Shown: positions 1 to 12,199 of the stretch, in pieces
Numbering within the stretch: position 1 is the stretch's first letter
Layout: every line of letters starts with the position of its first letter
NCBI RefSeq assembly: GCF_000315625.1
Contig: NW_005434640.1
Span: 612,979-676,978 of the forward strand
From: Guillardia theta CCMP2712
Taxonomy: Eukaryota; Protista; Cryptophyta
DNA length: 64,000 nt
Direction: 5' to 3'
Notes under the pieces: model-generated
The model's input: only the letters and a program-made list of their open reading frames with translations
Databases searched by the model: none
Told to the model about the DNA's origin: nothing
Program-made: the position numbers and the translations under genes

Positions 1-26
1 GTGAGTATATTGCTGTCGTTTGCTGA

Positions 27-520
27 CACCTCTACGATGTAGTCCGTGCCATGAAACGTCAGCTCCTCGCACACCTCTGACGGAGCTGCTGGTTCCTGCG
101 GTAAGACTTGAGAAGAGCGCAGGAAGAGAAGAAGCATCGCTGTCACCGGCGAAGGAGGCATGGTAGACGAGCTTGTCGGATTGAGAGATGGTTCACCTGT
201 GATTGAGTTTCGTTACATCAATTTGATGCAAACATGTGTCGCTGTTCTTTCCACCCTCCAAGTTGCAAAAGTTTGTCCCGCCCTCCCTGCCTTCTTGTTC
301 TCAACCTCAACGCTTTGTCACGTTTTCCAACTTTGACCACTTGATAACAATGTCCCTCATCATCTCCATACTGCTTTTCTGCTTCCTTCCAGTCAGGTCC
401 TTGTTTCAAAGAGCTTACTCGGTTCCTTGCTACTTACTATTCGTCGGTCCACTGGACCTCGCAAGCTCTCTTCTAGCCCGACGACTCCTGTACTTGCTCA
501 CTCGCTCTTGATCGCATTCC
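27..520 (-). CDS. 5' part of a multi-exon hypothetical protein continuing off the left edge
   Basis: Short GT-AG-bounded minus-strand exons (EPAAPSEVCEELTFHGTDYIVE; GEPSLNPTSSSTMPPSP); no family recognised; start unresolved. Confidence 0.35.
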
Positions 521-876
521 TACCCCACAACTGCTCTTCCCACATATCCTCCCCCTGCCCTCCTCGTTTCCTTCAGTCTCGATCGCCATTCCCGCCTTTC
601 AGGCTTTCAAACGCAGAACTACCCCACCCCATCAATTTTGGTAATATTGGACTGAAAAGTACCCGTGCAAGCAGGAACATCACCCTACCCACACTTTTCG
701 ATGGTGGAAACTACCCCTGGTCGAATGTATACTAGGGTTTTTAAAATTGTAGATTTACACTTTAATAAATATTTTTAGGTTCAGATAAATTACCATTATA
801 ATTCAAATTGTGTAGAAGTGGTACAACTATGTTTTAAAAGTGTTTTCTCGTTCGAATTTTGCAATACCGGCTCGCC

Positions 877-2703
877 ATGTTGCGGGTTCGGGTAGACGAC
901 TGGCGCAGGCGAGGAGGGAGGGGAGGAAGGAAGGGGGGAGAGGAACAAGTCAAGCTCTTCTTCCTCACCCACATGCATGCAGACCATACTCAGGGGCTGC
1001 ACAGCGAGTGGGATGAAGGTATGATCTACTGTTCTCAAGTTTCTCGCTCCCTCCTCCTCGACAAATTCGACGTGGATCCTGTGCGAGTAGTGGCGATGGA
1101 AATTGGAGTTCCCAAGCTCCTCAGACTTGATACTGGTAAAGAGGTCATGGGAAGAGAAGACAACAGCGAGGATGAGAGTAGCCGACGAAACGTAGTCAAG
1201 GTTACCTGTATCGATGCCAACCACTGTCCTGGGGCTGTCATGTTCTACTTCGAAACTCAAGACATTCGGCTTCTTCACACAGGAGACTTTCGTCTCTCTC
1301 CTGCCATGATCCGAGAGGATTCTCCTTTGGCCATGGCAAGAGACTGTCATCTGGTGGTGGACAACACATACTGCGACCCCAAGCACACGTTCCCTTCCCA
1401 ACAGGAGGCTGGGCAGAGGATTCTAGAGCTTGTCCGCCGCTACAGGGGTTCCAGTGACATCTTGATCGGGATCGATGCGCTTGGCAAAGAAGACCTGCTG
1501 GTGCTTATAGCGAGGACGTTTGACACTCAGATCGTGGTGGACAAGGTGAGATATCACAGGATCGTTTCTGTCTTGGGGTTTCCTTCAGAGTGCTTCACGA
1601 CGACATCGGACTGCGTGTACAACATCAGAGTCGTTGAGCGATGGAGAATGTCCAATTCTTACATCGAGATGCTCAACAAGGACAGGCCCACTGTGGGCAT
1701 CGTCGCGAGCGGGTGGGGAGGAGAGCATATCTTGAATCCTTCGTCACAGCTGCATCGGGTTCCTTACTCTCTCCACTCGTCCTTCGATGAGCTCCGACGC
1801 TTCGTCGAGTTTCTGCATCCTGTGACCATGACCGGCATCGTGAAGCCGAGAAACAACGTCATGCTCCACCTACAGCACCTGCTGTCCGACGAGGCGGACC
1901 CTCTCATGGTGTGTCCCTACGTGGTGGACGACGCTTGCCGCTCGATGAAGTTTCAAGTTGGAAGGAGGGCGAAGAGACATCGGGGCAAGAGGAAGAACTA
2001 CGTCAGGAGGACGATCGCGATGATCAAGCGGAGAAACCTCCTGCAGCGACATCGGAGAAAGCGGTTCAAGCTGACTATCACGGTGGACGGAGGAGAAGAC
2101 TTGGAGAAGGAGGCCGAGGACGAGAGGAAAGACACAAGACAGCTTGCCGCAAGCTACATGGAAAAGATTCGGATGTTTCAGAAACCCTCGACCGAGTGGA
2201 AGATGCGCAAGTTGAGCGCCTTCTCTCATCTCTTCCTCCACAAAAAGAGGGTCAAGACAGCATGTGCCTTCTCCAACGCAATGGCGCCTCCTCCTCCCCC
2301 TGCACCTTCCCCCCCTCCTCCTCTATCTCTCCATCCTCGTTCATCTCATTCTTCAGCCGAACACGCTCAAGTTCCAAGCGCTTCTCCTTCCTCGCTCCCC
2401 TCCGTCAAGTTGGAGGACGAGCATGCGTTCGTGCGGGCCACCAAGGCAAACAAGAGAGCGACAGAGTCCTTAGGAGGTGCAGGGGCCCAGGAGGTCGAGA
2501 CGAGATGGAGAGGCACTCTTGACCAGGTCTGTTCATGGCAACCTTGCGATGGGACTTTGACGATGATGCCGCAGTGGTTGATAAAACCCCAGCAGGTACG
2601 AACCCAGCAGGATAAGAGTTTGCGCCCTTCCCTTCATTGCGATACGAGCTCGGCGTCTGCTCGGAGCCTTAGCGCTTTCTCACCTCTCCTTCGCAAATCT
2701 TGA
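877..2703 (+). CDS. SNM1/Apollo/Artemis-family DNA-repair metallo-beta-lactamase (beta-CASP nuclease), apparently intronless
   Basis: FLTHMHADH (HxHxDH), DANHCPGA, HTGDFR, VDNTY, LGKEDL, VPYSLHSSFDEL; basic NLS-like stretch and low-complexity C-terminus. First in-frame ATG at 877. Confidence 0.9.
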   Translation: MLRVRVDDWRRRGGRGGRKGGEEQVKLFFLTHMHADHTQGLHSEWDEGMIYCSQVSRSLLLDKFDVDPVRVVAMEIGVPKLLRLDTGKEVMGREDNSEDESSRRNVVKVTCIDANHCPGAVMFYFETQDIRLLHTGDFRLSPAMIREDSPLAMARDCHLVVDNTYCDPKHTFPSQQEAGQRILELVRRYRGSSDILIGIDALGKEDLLVLIARTFDTQIVVDKVRYHRIVSVLGFPSECFTTTSDCVYNIRVVERWRMSNSYIEMLNKDRPTVGIVASGWGGEHILNPSSQLHRVPYSLHSSFDELRRFVEFLHPVTMTGIVKPRNNVMLHLQHLLSDEADPLMVCPYVVDDACRSMKFQVGRRAKRHRGKRKNYVRRTIAMIKRRNLLQRHRRKRFKLTITVDGGEDLEKEAEDERKDTRQLAASYMEKIRMFQKPSTEWKMRKLSAFSHLFLHKKRVKTACAFSNAMAPPPPPAPSPPPPLSLHPRSSHSSAEHAQVPSASPSSLPSVKLEDEHAFVRATKANKRATESLGGAGAQEVETRWRGTLDQVCSWQPCDGTLTMMPQWLIKPQQVRTQQDKSLRPSLHCDTSSASARSLSAFSPLLRKS

Positions 2704-2729
2704 GAGTTGGCAGTTGAGCCTTGAAGGCT

Positions 2730-3634
2730 TCACTTCTTGACCTGTTGAGCCTGTACATGATGTAAATGGTTGTTCAATTACCATCCTCCCTCAATTGCCA
2801 GTACCCCGAGAATCTTCTCCACATCCTCCGCCGTCTTCACGCCGTTGATGATCTTGCCCGCAAAAGGTCCTTCCTCCCCCTTGCGGATGACCTGCATTCC
2901 TCAATCAGACCTGCCTTCCTCTCTGACCCTCCTCCAAAGTCTCCACTCCTCTCCTTTCTTCTCTTCCGCTTTCCTCTCCTCTCCCTCTCTCTTTTGTCCC
3001 TCCCATCCTCTCGATGCTCCCTTGCACCAGCTGCTTCCACTCCCTTCCCTTCCCTGACCTGCCTCTCTCCCTTATCCTTCCTCTCCTCGTCCCCGTCCTT
3101 CCTCTCAGTACCTCGACGTTGGGTCCCAGCCCGCACTCGGCGCACTCCGAGACGCACTTTACAGAGTCTACCTCAACCTGCGTCACCCGTTGAGCTCAAG
3201 TGCCTTCAGGTCACATGCTCTCACTCCCTCCGGCGCCATCTCTTGAAACATCTGCGGGCAACGTCACGTTGCAAGAATCGACCCGGCGGCAGAGGACTAG
3301 GAGAAAAACGAAGAGATGGGAGCATAAGACAGCCATCAGATCAACCTGACACGACAGGACAGAGTAGGACAAGACAGGGCAGGAATGGATACGACAGGAT
3401 AGTGAAAACTGAGTTTCAAAGCACCTTGAGCAGCGGCTTTCCCCCACCGTTCCTCGAGCATGTTGGTCCAGTGCAAACTGTGATTTTCTCGATCGGCTCC
3501 GAAGAGCACATGCACATGGTCGAGAGCCTGTTGCTCCGGAGAGAAAGGGACATGGAAGGAGGAAGGTAAGCAACGGCGAGTTGCAAGGAAGACAAGGAGA
3601 GCGCGAGAGCGCAGAAGAGAAGATTCTTGCTCAT
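2730..3634 (-). CDS. Thioredoxin-like [2Fe-2S] ferredoxin with bipartite (signal + transit) leader, likely plastid-targeted
   Basis: Spliced: MSKNLLFCALALSLSSLQLAVA-YLPPSMSLSLRS...KITVCTGPTCSRNGGGKPLLK|MFQEMAPEG|VEVDSVKCVSECAECGLGPNVE|VIRKGEEGPFAGKIINGVKTAEDVEKILG. The Cys pattern and GPNV fit the TRX-Fd fold. Last exon tentative. Confidence 0.75.
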
Positions 3635-3883
3635 TGCCACAGAGAACATTTCTTGCCAGCGAGAATGAAACAGCCAAAGTTTCTTGTCCTGTACCAAACC
3701 AACATCAGGCATTCAGTTCGTTGAATGTTTCGGCAGATTCGCAGTGTCTCTTTGACCTCGGATGTGATCACTTAGCTGTATTTGAGTGAGATATGTACTC
3801 CATGAAACAATGATATGAGATGCAAAGAAAGATGCCGGCAGGACAGAAGGAAACTATTGTAAAGGGATGGAGGGACAACTTGC

Positions 3884-3929
3884 ATGATGATGATGATGAT
3901 GATGATATCATCATCATCATCATCATCAT
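3884..3929. repeat. (GAT)n/(ATC)n perfect palindrome, 46 bp
   Basis: A GAT run abuts its reverse-complement ATC run, centred on GATATC. Confidence 0.9.
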
Positions 3930-4039
3930 CATCTCCAATATCATTTCCATCATCTCGTCTCATCTCGGTACTTCTGCCTGTTCTTCGCTCCATCGTTTTG
4001 CTTATATCCACCCATTTTCGCCCTCGTCCCCCTACTTCG

Positions 4040-4170
4040 GGTAGCCCGGCCGGGCGCAGGGCCGGGCGGGCCCCAGGCAGCGGGCGGGCCCCGGGTCCCG
4101 GAGTCCGGGGGCGACTCAGCGGGCGACTGTGAGACGGTCGTCCACTGGCGCGGCGGCTGAGACTCGGAGA
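4040..4170. other. GC-rich block of short palindromic words (intergenic)
   Basis: Dense CCGG/GGCC/CCCGGG/GGGCCC words; similar blocks at ~21640-21860 and ~54720-55310. Confidence 0.6.
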
Positions 4171-4198
4171 TTAAGTTCACAGACATACTAACAATCAT

Positions 4199-7100
4199 CT
4201 AGAGTATCACACAAGCTGCGCTGCCGCTCGTCGTCGCTCCTCGCGACTCCCCAGCGGTCGACGCGTCTCGTTTGGTAGAGACCTGGAAGTGAGCGAAGAC
4301 GGGCCTGTGATCCGACGCCATGATGCTGCTCGCCGCCCCGTACGCTTTCGCCTCGATCGAGCCTGCTCGCGAGGTGAGAAAGGAGGAGCCTGGAGGAGGA
4401 GGAGCGTTACCCTCTTGTCCTGGAGCTGCTCGGAAGAGGATGCGATCAGTCCAGGAGGGGACTCGCTTCTTAACGGACTCGTACTGGTCCGTCCAGGCCT
4501 CAAACTTGTAAGTTGGGTTGAAACTGATGCTCGCCTCCTCGAAGCTGAGGGCCCCTGTCAACCTCCTCCTCCTCCTCCTCCTCCTCCTCCTCCTCCTCCT
4601 CTACCTCGGGAACACTCGGGCGTTTTCTCGTTCTTCAGTCAATTCATCCAGCAGCAGCAGCGCCGCTCGTTTCCCCTGCTCCAGCTTCCTGCTTGAGCCG
4701 TCAGGGGTCGGGCCCGCACCAGCAGCAGCTACTCTCACCCTATCGCGTCCTCGTACGTCGCCTGCACCCTGTAGTTGAAATCTCCGAGCCAGAAGACGCG
4801 GTCGAATAGACTAGATACACTCCATCGCCCCTACTCTCAGTCAGTTCCTGCTTCTCCCCCTGCCCCTGCCCCTGCCCCTGCCCCTGCCCCTGCCCCTGCC
4901 CCTGCCCCTGCCCCTGCCCCTGCCCCTGCCCCTGCCCCTGCCCCTGCCCCTGCCCCTGCCCCTCCCTCTTCTTTCCCTCCTCTCTTTCGCTCCTACCGTG
5001 TGAGTAGTTGAGCCGTCCTTGAGCTCGTTGAGTCGATGAGCAACGATGGGGCACATGAGCGGCACAAGTCCAGAGTCGATGCGGAAGAAGTCCTCGTTCC
5101 TCGCCTGCTAACCATCAGCTCTCAGCTCGTCCCCTGCACCCTCACCTTTACGGATTTCGGTTTGCTTCCTGCTGCAAAATGAGCAGTGACGAAGAGGAAG
5201 CTCGTCGAGAAGATGTCGAAGCAGATTCCGATCCCTGACTGCGATGTGCGTTAGTACAGGGAGGCAGCAGGAGGAAGGATGGAGCAGGAGGAATTCGAAA
5301 GAATCCCTGGCAAGAAGGTCGAGAGGGCTGGAGAGGAGAAGGAGGGTGCAGAGGATGAGAGAAGAGGAGAGAAGACAGGAGGCGCAGACCTTGTTGGCGA
5401 TGACTCGTCCGAATCCCGTGATGACATGAGCATGGTGGACGTCGCTGACGTGAGGGAGAAGGTCTTTGCGGATGAAGCACATGAGGTGAGTTGTTCCTAG
5501 GCAGTGCTTCGCTATCAGCTCATACTCCTTCCCCATGTGGCTCGTCATCGCCGCCTCCCATCGCGGTCGCTCGCTTGCTGTCGAGAGGCCAGGAAGACCC
5601 TCCAGCTCCTACTGAAAGTCACTTGTGCCCCCTCCCCTCCTCCCCTCTTCGAAACCCTCCTCCTCCTCCTCCTCCTCCTCCTCTCCTCCTCTCTCTCCCC
5701 CAGTTGCTTCCCTCTCACTCCTCTCCAGTACCTGAGCTCCAATGGCGTAGATGTCAAACTGGTCAGGTGACAGCCAACTGGCCAGCGACATGCTGGGGCA
5801 GGAGCCTCCCCCCAGGTTCCAAGTGCCCACATACACGGAGAGCGAGCGAAACTTGTGCGGGGAGGGCTGGGGAGGAGGAGACGTGTAAGAGCATCGCAAC
5901 GAGCATCGCTCACTCTACCTCAGCCTGCTCTAGCCCAGGTTCCCCGTTCCCTTTGCCCTCCTCCTCTTGTTTCTCCTGCGCTCTCTCCCCCTGCTCCCCC
6001 GGCTCATCCTCTAGCTTGGGTGCTGGAGCATGTGCGTGCTTCGCTTCCTGGTATTCCCTTTCAGCCTTTTCCATCTCCTGCTTCAGCTTCTCCGCCATGG
6101 CCTTAATGCACACGAAGAGTGAGATGGAGGAAGCGACGAAGGAGCATGGAGAAGTGCGCAGGAAGAGGAGGGGAGAGGTTGAAGGAGAGGGATAACAGGG
6201 AAGCAGAGAGGAGCCGTAGACGAACATGAAGAAGAAGGGAACAGGGAGAGGGGGGGGAGCAAGGAGAACATGCTGGTGGACATTCAACATGTGATAGAGT
6301 ACCTTCCTCTCGACATCTTTTCGTGCCACCAGCACTTCCAGGACTTCTTTTTCCGGCTCGATCTTGTCGTCCACGTCCAGGATCTTGGGAGGGAGGAGGA
6401 GCGGAGGGGCAACATTCTCAGCGAACATCGCCTGCTGCCTCTTCTTCGACTCTTCCAGCATCTCTCGAAGTTTCTGCCCAGCTCGTAGCAGCTGCGCATG
6501 GACAGAAGTGTCACCACGTCTCATCAAAGTACTCGGCCCTCCTTCTACTAAACCTTCCCAATTGCATCCTGCTCCTGCTCCTGCTCCCCCACCCAGTCCT
6601 GCTCTCCTTCCTCCACTTCGCTCTCCTCCCCCTGCTCCTCTCACCTGCTCGTGGGACTGCTTCACGTATCCTCCACGCTGTTGTTTCTCTTGCGGCGCAG
6701 CGACAAAAGTTTGCGGAGGGTCAGAGGATGCGGACGAGTGGGGAAGAGACTTGAGGGAGGAGAGGGCGCGACTGAGCGGGCGAGGAGGAATTTCTGCTGC
6801 TGCAAGGCAACTTAAGTGCACGCGGACGAATGTAAGTCTGATCACCGGAGGAAGGTCGGGGTTCTTGTGCTGATCCTTCCAAGACTTTCAATCCATCTCC
6901 TGTCCCGCCATCCTCCGCTCGTTCCCTCTCACCCTCTCCTTCTTTCCTCGCAGCCATCATCTCCTCTCCTGCTGACGACTCCTTTCCTTCCGCCCCCTGC
7001 GGCAGCTCCAACGCTGAAGTTTCTCCGCTTGCTTTGACCTCTCCTGATTGACCCACAATATCTGCAGCTTCCTCCTTCATGATACTGTTCTCCACTCCTC

Positions 7101-8353
7101 CCTCCTCTCTCGCCATCGCTCCTCCTCCTCCCTCCTCTCTCGCCATCGCTCCTCCTCCTCCCTCCTCTCTCGCCATCGCCCCTCCTCCTCCCTCCTCTCT
7201 CGCCATCGCTCCTCCTCCTCCCTCCTCTCTCGCCATCGGCCCTCCTACTGCCTCCTCTTCTACCATCGCCCCTCCTCCCTGCTCTAACACCACTGTCTCT
7301 TCCTTTCCTGCATCAATCTTGATGCCATCATCAAGTAGTGTCTCGTCCTCGTCTATTTCTTCTTCTTCGACCATCATGACCATCGCTCCACCCTGGTCTT
7401 CCTTCGCGCTTGTCTCTCCCCCACCTCCTTCCTCCACAGCTGCTGCTTCTTTTCCCTCCTCCTTACCCGTGTCAACCTCTTCCCCTCCCGCCTCCTTCCC
7501 GCTTGCAGCACCACCTTCCTCCTCCCTATCGACTGGCGCCCCACCCCCTCCTCCCTCCTCGACGTTGATACTTGACTCGATGGGTCCTTCCTCGTGTATC
7601 TTGACGCTGCCATCCAGTTTTGGCCCCTCCTCCTCTTCCTCTGCCTCCTTGATACTCAAATCCTCCCCCCCTTCGCTCCCCCTGACATTAAATGATTCGC
7701 TCCCTTCCTCTTCGGTTCTGCTTGCTTCTCCACTTTCCCCCTTCGCTTCTTCCTCAACCCGTCCATCTGCGTCTTCTGTCCCCTCTTCCCCATCCATCGG
7801 CTTCTCCTGCACAGCATCGTGTACCTCCTTGGGCGTCTCCTCTAGGCTTCCTGACCCTGCTTCCTCTTCCTCCTTTATCACGACATCCGCCCTGGGCTCC
7901 TCAGTTTCGCTTGACCCCTCTGGTTCGTTCTTGACGTCTGATTTTCCGTCGGCTTGCTTGCGCTGTGCTTTGTTGCTCGAAGTTTCTTGCTGCTGCTGCT
8001 GCTTGCTGCTCCTCTTGCTTGCTGAGGCCGTTGGCGGTTTCTTCAGGTCATTCAAAGTCTTCTTTGGGTTAGCATTTCGAGATTCCCCCTTCCTTTCCCC
8101 TTCCACTTTCTGCGCACCTGCTTTCTTCATATTCCTCTATCCCCCGCTCTTTCTCTCGTCCCTCCACCCCTTACGCTCCCGGCAAATCATTTTCTTCACC
8201 CTCAAAACTGTTGACAATGTTGGTCGTCACCTGTCCTCCTTCATCATGCTCAACTGGTCTTGATACATCACTTCCCCTCTGCTCCGATCGCCAACTCATC
8301 CATCCCTTCGCTCCCCTCCATCTCTCCTCCCTTCTCTTCCTCTCCCCTGCCAT
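4199..8353 (-). CDS. Inositol polyphosphate/phosphoinositide 5-phosphatase (INPP5E-like) with long acidic N-terminus and C-terminal CaaX
   Basis: YVGTWNLGG, DIYAIGAQ, TGFGRVIANK, VFWLGDFNYR, FNPTYKF, KRVPSWTDRILF, SDHRPV; ends SAACVIL*. Start codon approximate. Confidence 0.9.
4857..4962. repeat. (CCCCTG)n hexamer repeat in an intron of the 5-phosphatase
   Basis: About 17 perfect copies. Confidence 0.95.
7095..7245 (-). repeat. 30-bp coding minisatellite (MAREEGGGGA x5)
   Basis: Five near-identical units in the 6721..8130 reading frame. Confidence 0.9.
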
Positions 8354-9156
8354 CGTTGCCCCCGGCCATGCCCTGTATCGGCATGGCAACCGAAACCTTT
8401 CAAGTGGGTCCGCCTCATGTGTGAAAAAGACTTAGATGGTCAATGAGGGGACGAGGGATAAACTAGTGGGGATGAGGGCTAAACTGAATTACTTAACTGC
8501 GACACTTCAAGCATCACTAATGGCGACACCTGCTACGATGCACCTTTCCAAATCCTCCTCCTCCTCCTCCTCCTCCTCCTCCTCCTCCACCTCCTTCCCC
8601 TCTAACTCCTCCTCCTCCTCCTCTACCACCACCACCACCCCATTCTCCCCTTCCTCTCCTCTCCTCCTCATTCCTCCCTTTCCTCGTCTCACCACACTTC
8701 ATAGCCCAGCCCAGCCTCTTTCCTCATCTTGTTTGCTGCATGATTCCTCCTATCCCACCCCGACCCTCCATCTCAATCTACCATAAACTCTCGTCCTCCT
8801 CATCTCTCTTGCCTGAAACTCCTTTGTCTGCCAGCTGTGCTCCCTCAAATTTCTCCGATTTTCCATAACATTCAAAACCTACAAAGTGTGTCTGTTTACT
8901 CCTTGGCCTCGTGATTTCTTTTGATTACCATATTCTCGATTTCACTCTAATTTTCTTCTGATGTCCTTTGTGCTCCACGGAGCGCTATAACCTTGTCTAC
9001 ATCCTTCCATCGAATCATCACGAACTACAATCCTGCTTCAACTTGTGTGCTCAATTTCTGTTTTCTGAATACCATGCAAGGACTTCAAGTCTCGATGTGA
9101 TTGACCATTTCACTGCAGGCTCTCCCCCTCTCCTGCTGTTCTTCCTGTCTTTCGCT

Positions 9157-11440
9157 ATGGTAGCCATCGAGAAGGGAGGAGGCGGGGGCTCGCACGGTAT
9201 TCCTGAAGGACAGTTGCTAGGAACTCTTGCGCTGGTGAAAGGAAGGTGGAGGTGAAGGAGATCAGCTGACGCATGGAGCAGGTTGGGTTGATCTACTTCA
9301 CAGCAGCAGGAGGAGCCTACGGGAGTGAGAGTGTGATCAACTCGGTAGGGTGTCATACCCCTGCTTCTCGCGTGACTGTCCGCTAGGTTGGTCCCCTCCC
9401 TGTAATCATTGGCCATGCTATCTTCCCGTTCTGCTGGAGTTTGCCGATTGGTAATTCGAGGCTCTGCTTCTCATCCAGTTGACTGCCGGCAGGTCTCGCC
9501 ACGGTTGAGCTTGCAACGGCATATCCCACGGATGGGGGAGTTGCCGTGTGGGCGGCACTCGCATTCAATGAGTTCTGGGGCTTCATGGGAGGATATTTCA
9601 GCTTGGTCGAAGGGGTGGTCAACCTCGCTGTGTTCCCGACAGTCACTCTCGATTACATTCTTGTCTTGTTTGACGTGAGCGCAAGCCCATGCGATGATGT
9701 TCGAAGTGATGGCTCTGCAGGCGGAGTTGGATCCTGTCAGTTCCTGGTTCGGGAAGGCGGCCATCTCGTGCCTCGTCGTGCTCTTGAACATGCAAGGCGT
9801 GAACTTCGTTGGTCGAAGCTCCTACCTGGTGATTTTGCGACTTCCTCCTCGTTTAAGTGACTGTCTGCTCTTAGTTAAGCATTCTGATCAACATCCCCCT
9901 GATCATCTTGTGTATTCTGGCAGTGATCAGAGTTAAGGTGACTGATGAGATTCTCGCTGTTGGCAGTCGAGCGTGAGATGTTTGTGCAGGATTACTCTCC
10001 ATGGATGGACTCTCGTCAGAATGACTATGATACCAACTGGACCTTCTTCTTGGGGATCTTGGTGTTCAATTTGTCTGGGTTGGAATGTTCCCCTAGATGC
10101 TCTTGATTGTACTGAACGAGACACAGGTACGATAATGTTGGATCTGTGGCTGGGCAAGTTAAGAAACCAGGAGTAACGATGCCAAAAGCGATGATCATTG
10201 CGATCATTGTCGGCTCTGTCTCCTTTCTTGTTCCGCTCATGTTTGGAGCTGTTGTAAGTCAAACGGCTTCACCTCAAGAATTGCCTTCCCCACCTCCCCT
10301 TCCCCTTCCACATCTGTTGATTTGTCTCTCATCAGATCGATCCTGACTACGATGACTGGCGTGCGGGACATTTTGCAGTGGTTGGGAAGATGGTTGGAGG
10401 TACAAATTCTCCTCCCCCCCCCCACCCCCCCTCTTACTCGTTCTCAGGGAATTGGCTCTTCTACACGCTCGTGGTCGCTGCCGCCATGTCGCGTCTGACA
10501 CATTTCATGGCTGAGCTCTGCACAAACGCCTTCTTCTTACAGGTGAGAAATCCTGCCATCGTCTTCGTCGTGACCTCTTTCGGTAGGGAATGGCCGACGA
10601 GAGGATGGTGCCCCCCATCTTCGGGTAACTCTGACCCGGCGGATCTTGACGAGGAAGCAAAGGTTGATTGCGGTCGGGTACAGGTGGAAGCATCCTGAGA
10701 AGCGAGCACCGTGGGTTTCCATCATCGCCAACTTTGCCGTAGTGCTGTCCATGGTGACGTCATCATAGCTGGGGCCTGAGCGGGAGTGGCTGACAACATG
10801 GGCAGGTTACGCTGTCGCTCCCTGAGATTTTCGAGTTCTCGAACGCCTTCACCATAGCTGGAGTTCTGCTGGGGTATGTATAGCAAGGTAGTGCTATCTC
10901 TAGAGCTCATCTTCCTTTGCAGGCTGACTACATGTATTCGTTTGCGCATCACTCACCCTGACGGTATTGGTCGCTTGCTCTTGTTGCTCGCTCACGGCAT
11001 CCCAGTGCCAAGACCCTACGCAATCCCCGTCGGCACTTGGGGCCTTGTGACTTTCTTCATGCCTTGCTACGTGCTCTCGGTAAGCTTTTCATGCCGCTCT
11101 CCTGACGCCTTACCGTCCTTACTCTTCCTCGCTCGGTCTTCTCCCTTCCTATTCAACCCCTTCCCGTGTCCTGGCTCTATCTGAACGCCACACAGATCTA
11201 CGTGCTCTTCTGTCTCTCGACCTTCACGGTCAGCATCTGCATTGGCGTCGTGGGCTCAGGGGTGCTGGGATACTACGCGCTCAACGAAGCCAAGTAACGT
11301 CACATCCCTGCTGTTCTCTTCTCAAAGGTCCGCAGGATTGCAGGATGGTCGGGGATGCAGGGGACGGTGGAGGAGGTGGAGCTGTTCGGGTGCTCGAAAA
11401 TATTGTGAACGCTCCTCCTGGTGCTGACTTGAGGGTCTGA
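9157..11440 (+). CDS. APC-superfamily amino acid/polyamine transporter (PUT/LAT-like), many exons
   Basis: GLIYFTAAGGAYG, ELATAYPTDGGVAVWAALAF..WGFMGG, DWTFFLGILVFNLSG, VKKPGVTMPKAM, GMADERMVPPIF, APWVSII, PRPYAIP. 3' end approximate. Confidence 0.85.
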
Positions 11441-11686
11441 CAGGCAGAAAGGATATTCTGAGAACGCAGCAGCAAGGAGCAATCGGAGGAGCGACGTCTG
11501 ACGCTGAGCAGCATGACGCTCGTGTATATTCTTTACAAAATGTGCATCTTCAATCAGCAAGATAACCAATTATTGTTAATGCTACAACAAACTTGTGAAA
11601 GCAGTGGACTGAGATGAGAGACTTGAAAACCTTGATGTAAGGCAAACAAAAACAAAAATCTCCTGTAACTACAACAGGACGACTAC

Positions 11687-12106
11687 TCATCCTGCGGAAG
11701 ACTCGATCGCTCTTGCAACATGTCTACCAGGACGTCGGTGCCCCTCTGCTGTCCTGGCCTTGGTCTTGGTCGCGATCTTGAACTTCTCGTGGTTGTGAAT
11801 CTGTTGCAGAGGAAGGTTTTTGGCCCCCGTGGTGCTCTCGATCGAGTTCGCTATCCACTCGTTTATGCGCGGATCCTTCTTCGCCTGCTGCTCGTACGTG
11901 GTCGGTGACTGCAACGGCGTGTTGTGACTCGTCCGGACTAGTCGCTCTTGCTCCACTTTCTCGCCCACAGGCCTTGAGATGGCTGAACGAATTCGCCTGT
12001 CCTTTGCAAGAGGAAGCGAGTATCCTTGGTTCACAAACCACTCAGGCTGCGGGGTAGTGCAACGAGCACCCTCAGAGAAAGTCGGTACGGTTACAATGCC
12101 TCCCAT
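11687..12106 (-). CDS. Hypothetical protein (~139 aa, intronless, basic)
   Basis: Complex-composition ORF MGGIVTVPTFSEG...; coding-like; no recognised motif. Confidence 0.5.
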   Translation of the reverse strand: MGGIVTVPTFSEGARCTTPQPEWFVNQGYSLPLAKDRRIRSAISRPVGEKVEQERLVRTSHNTPLQSPTTYEQQAKKDPRINEWIANSIESTTGAKNLPLQQIHNHEKFKIATKTKARTAEGHRRPGRHVARAIESSAG

Positions 12107-12199
12107 GTTCCTCCTTGATCTCCTAGAAAGCAACGCCAACTAAACCTCCATCTTCGCGTGGTCGCCTCCTGCCTCCGACTCCAGGATTCTGCCAACTTA

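Noticed and set aside
4740-5065. GQ/GR/PA dipeptide-repeat ORFs (also RS/EQ/GA near 29100, 32350, 41360)
   Set aside because: Intronic hexamer repeats; no independent coding evidence.
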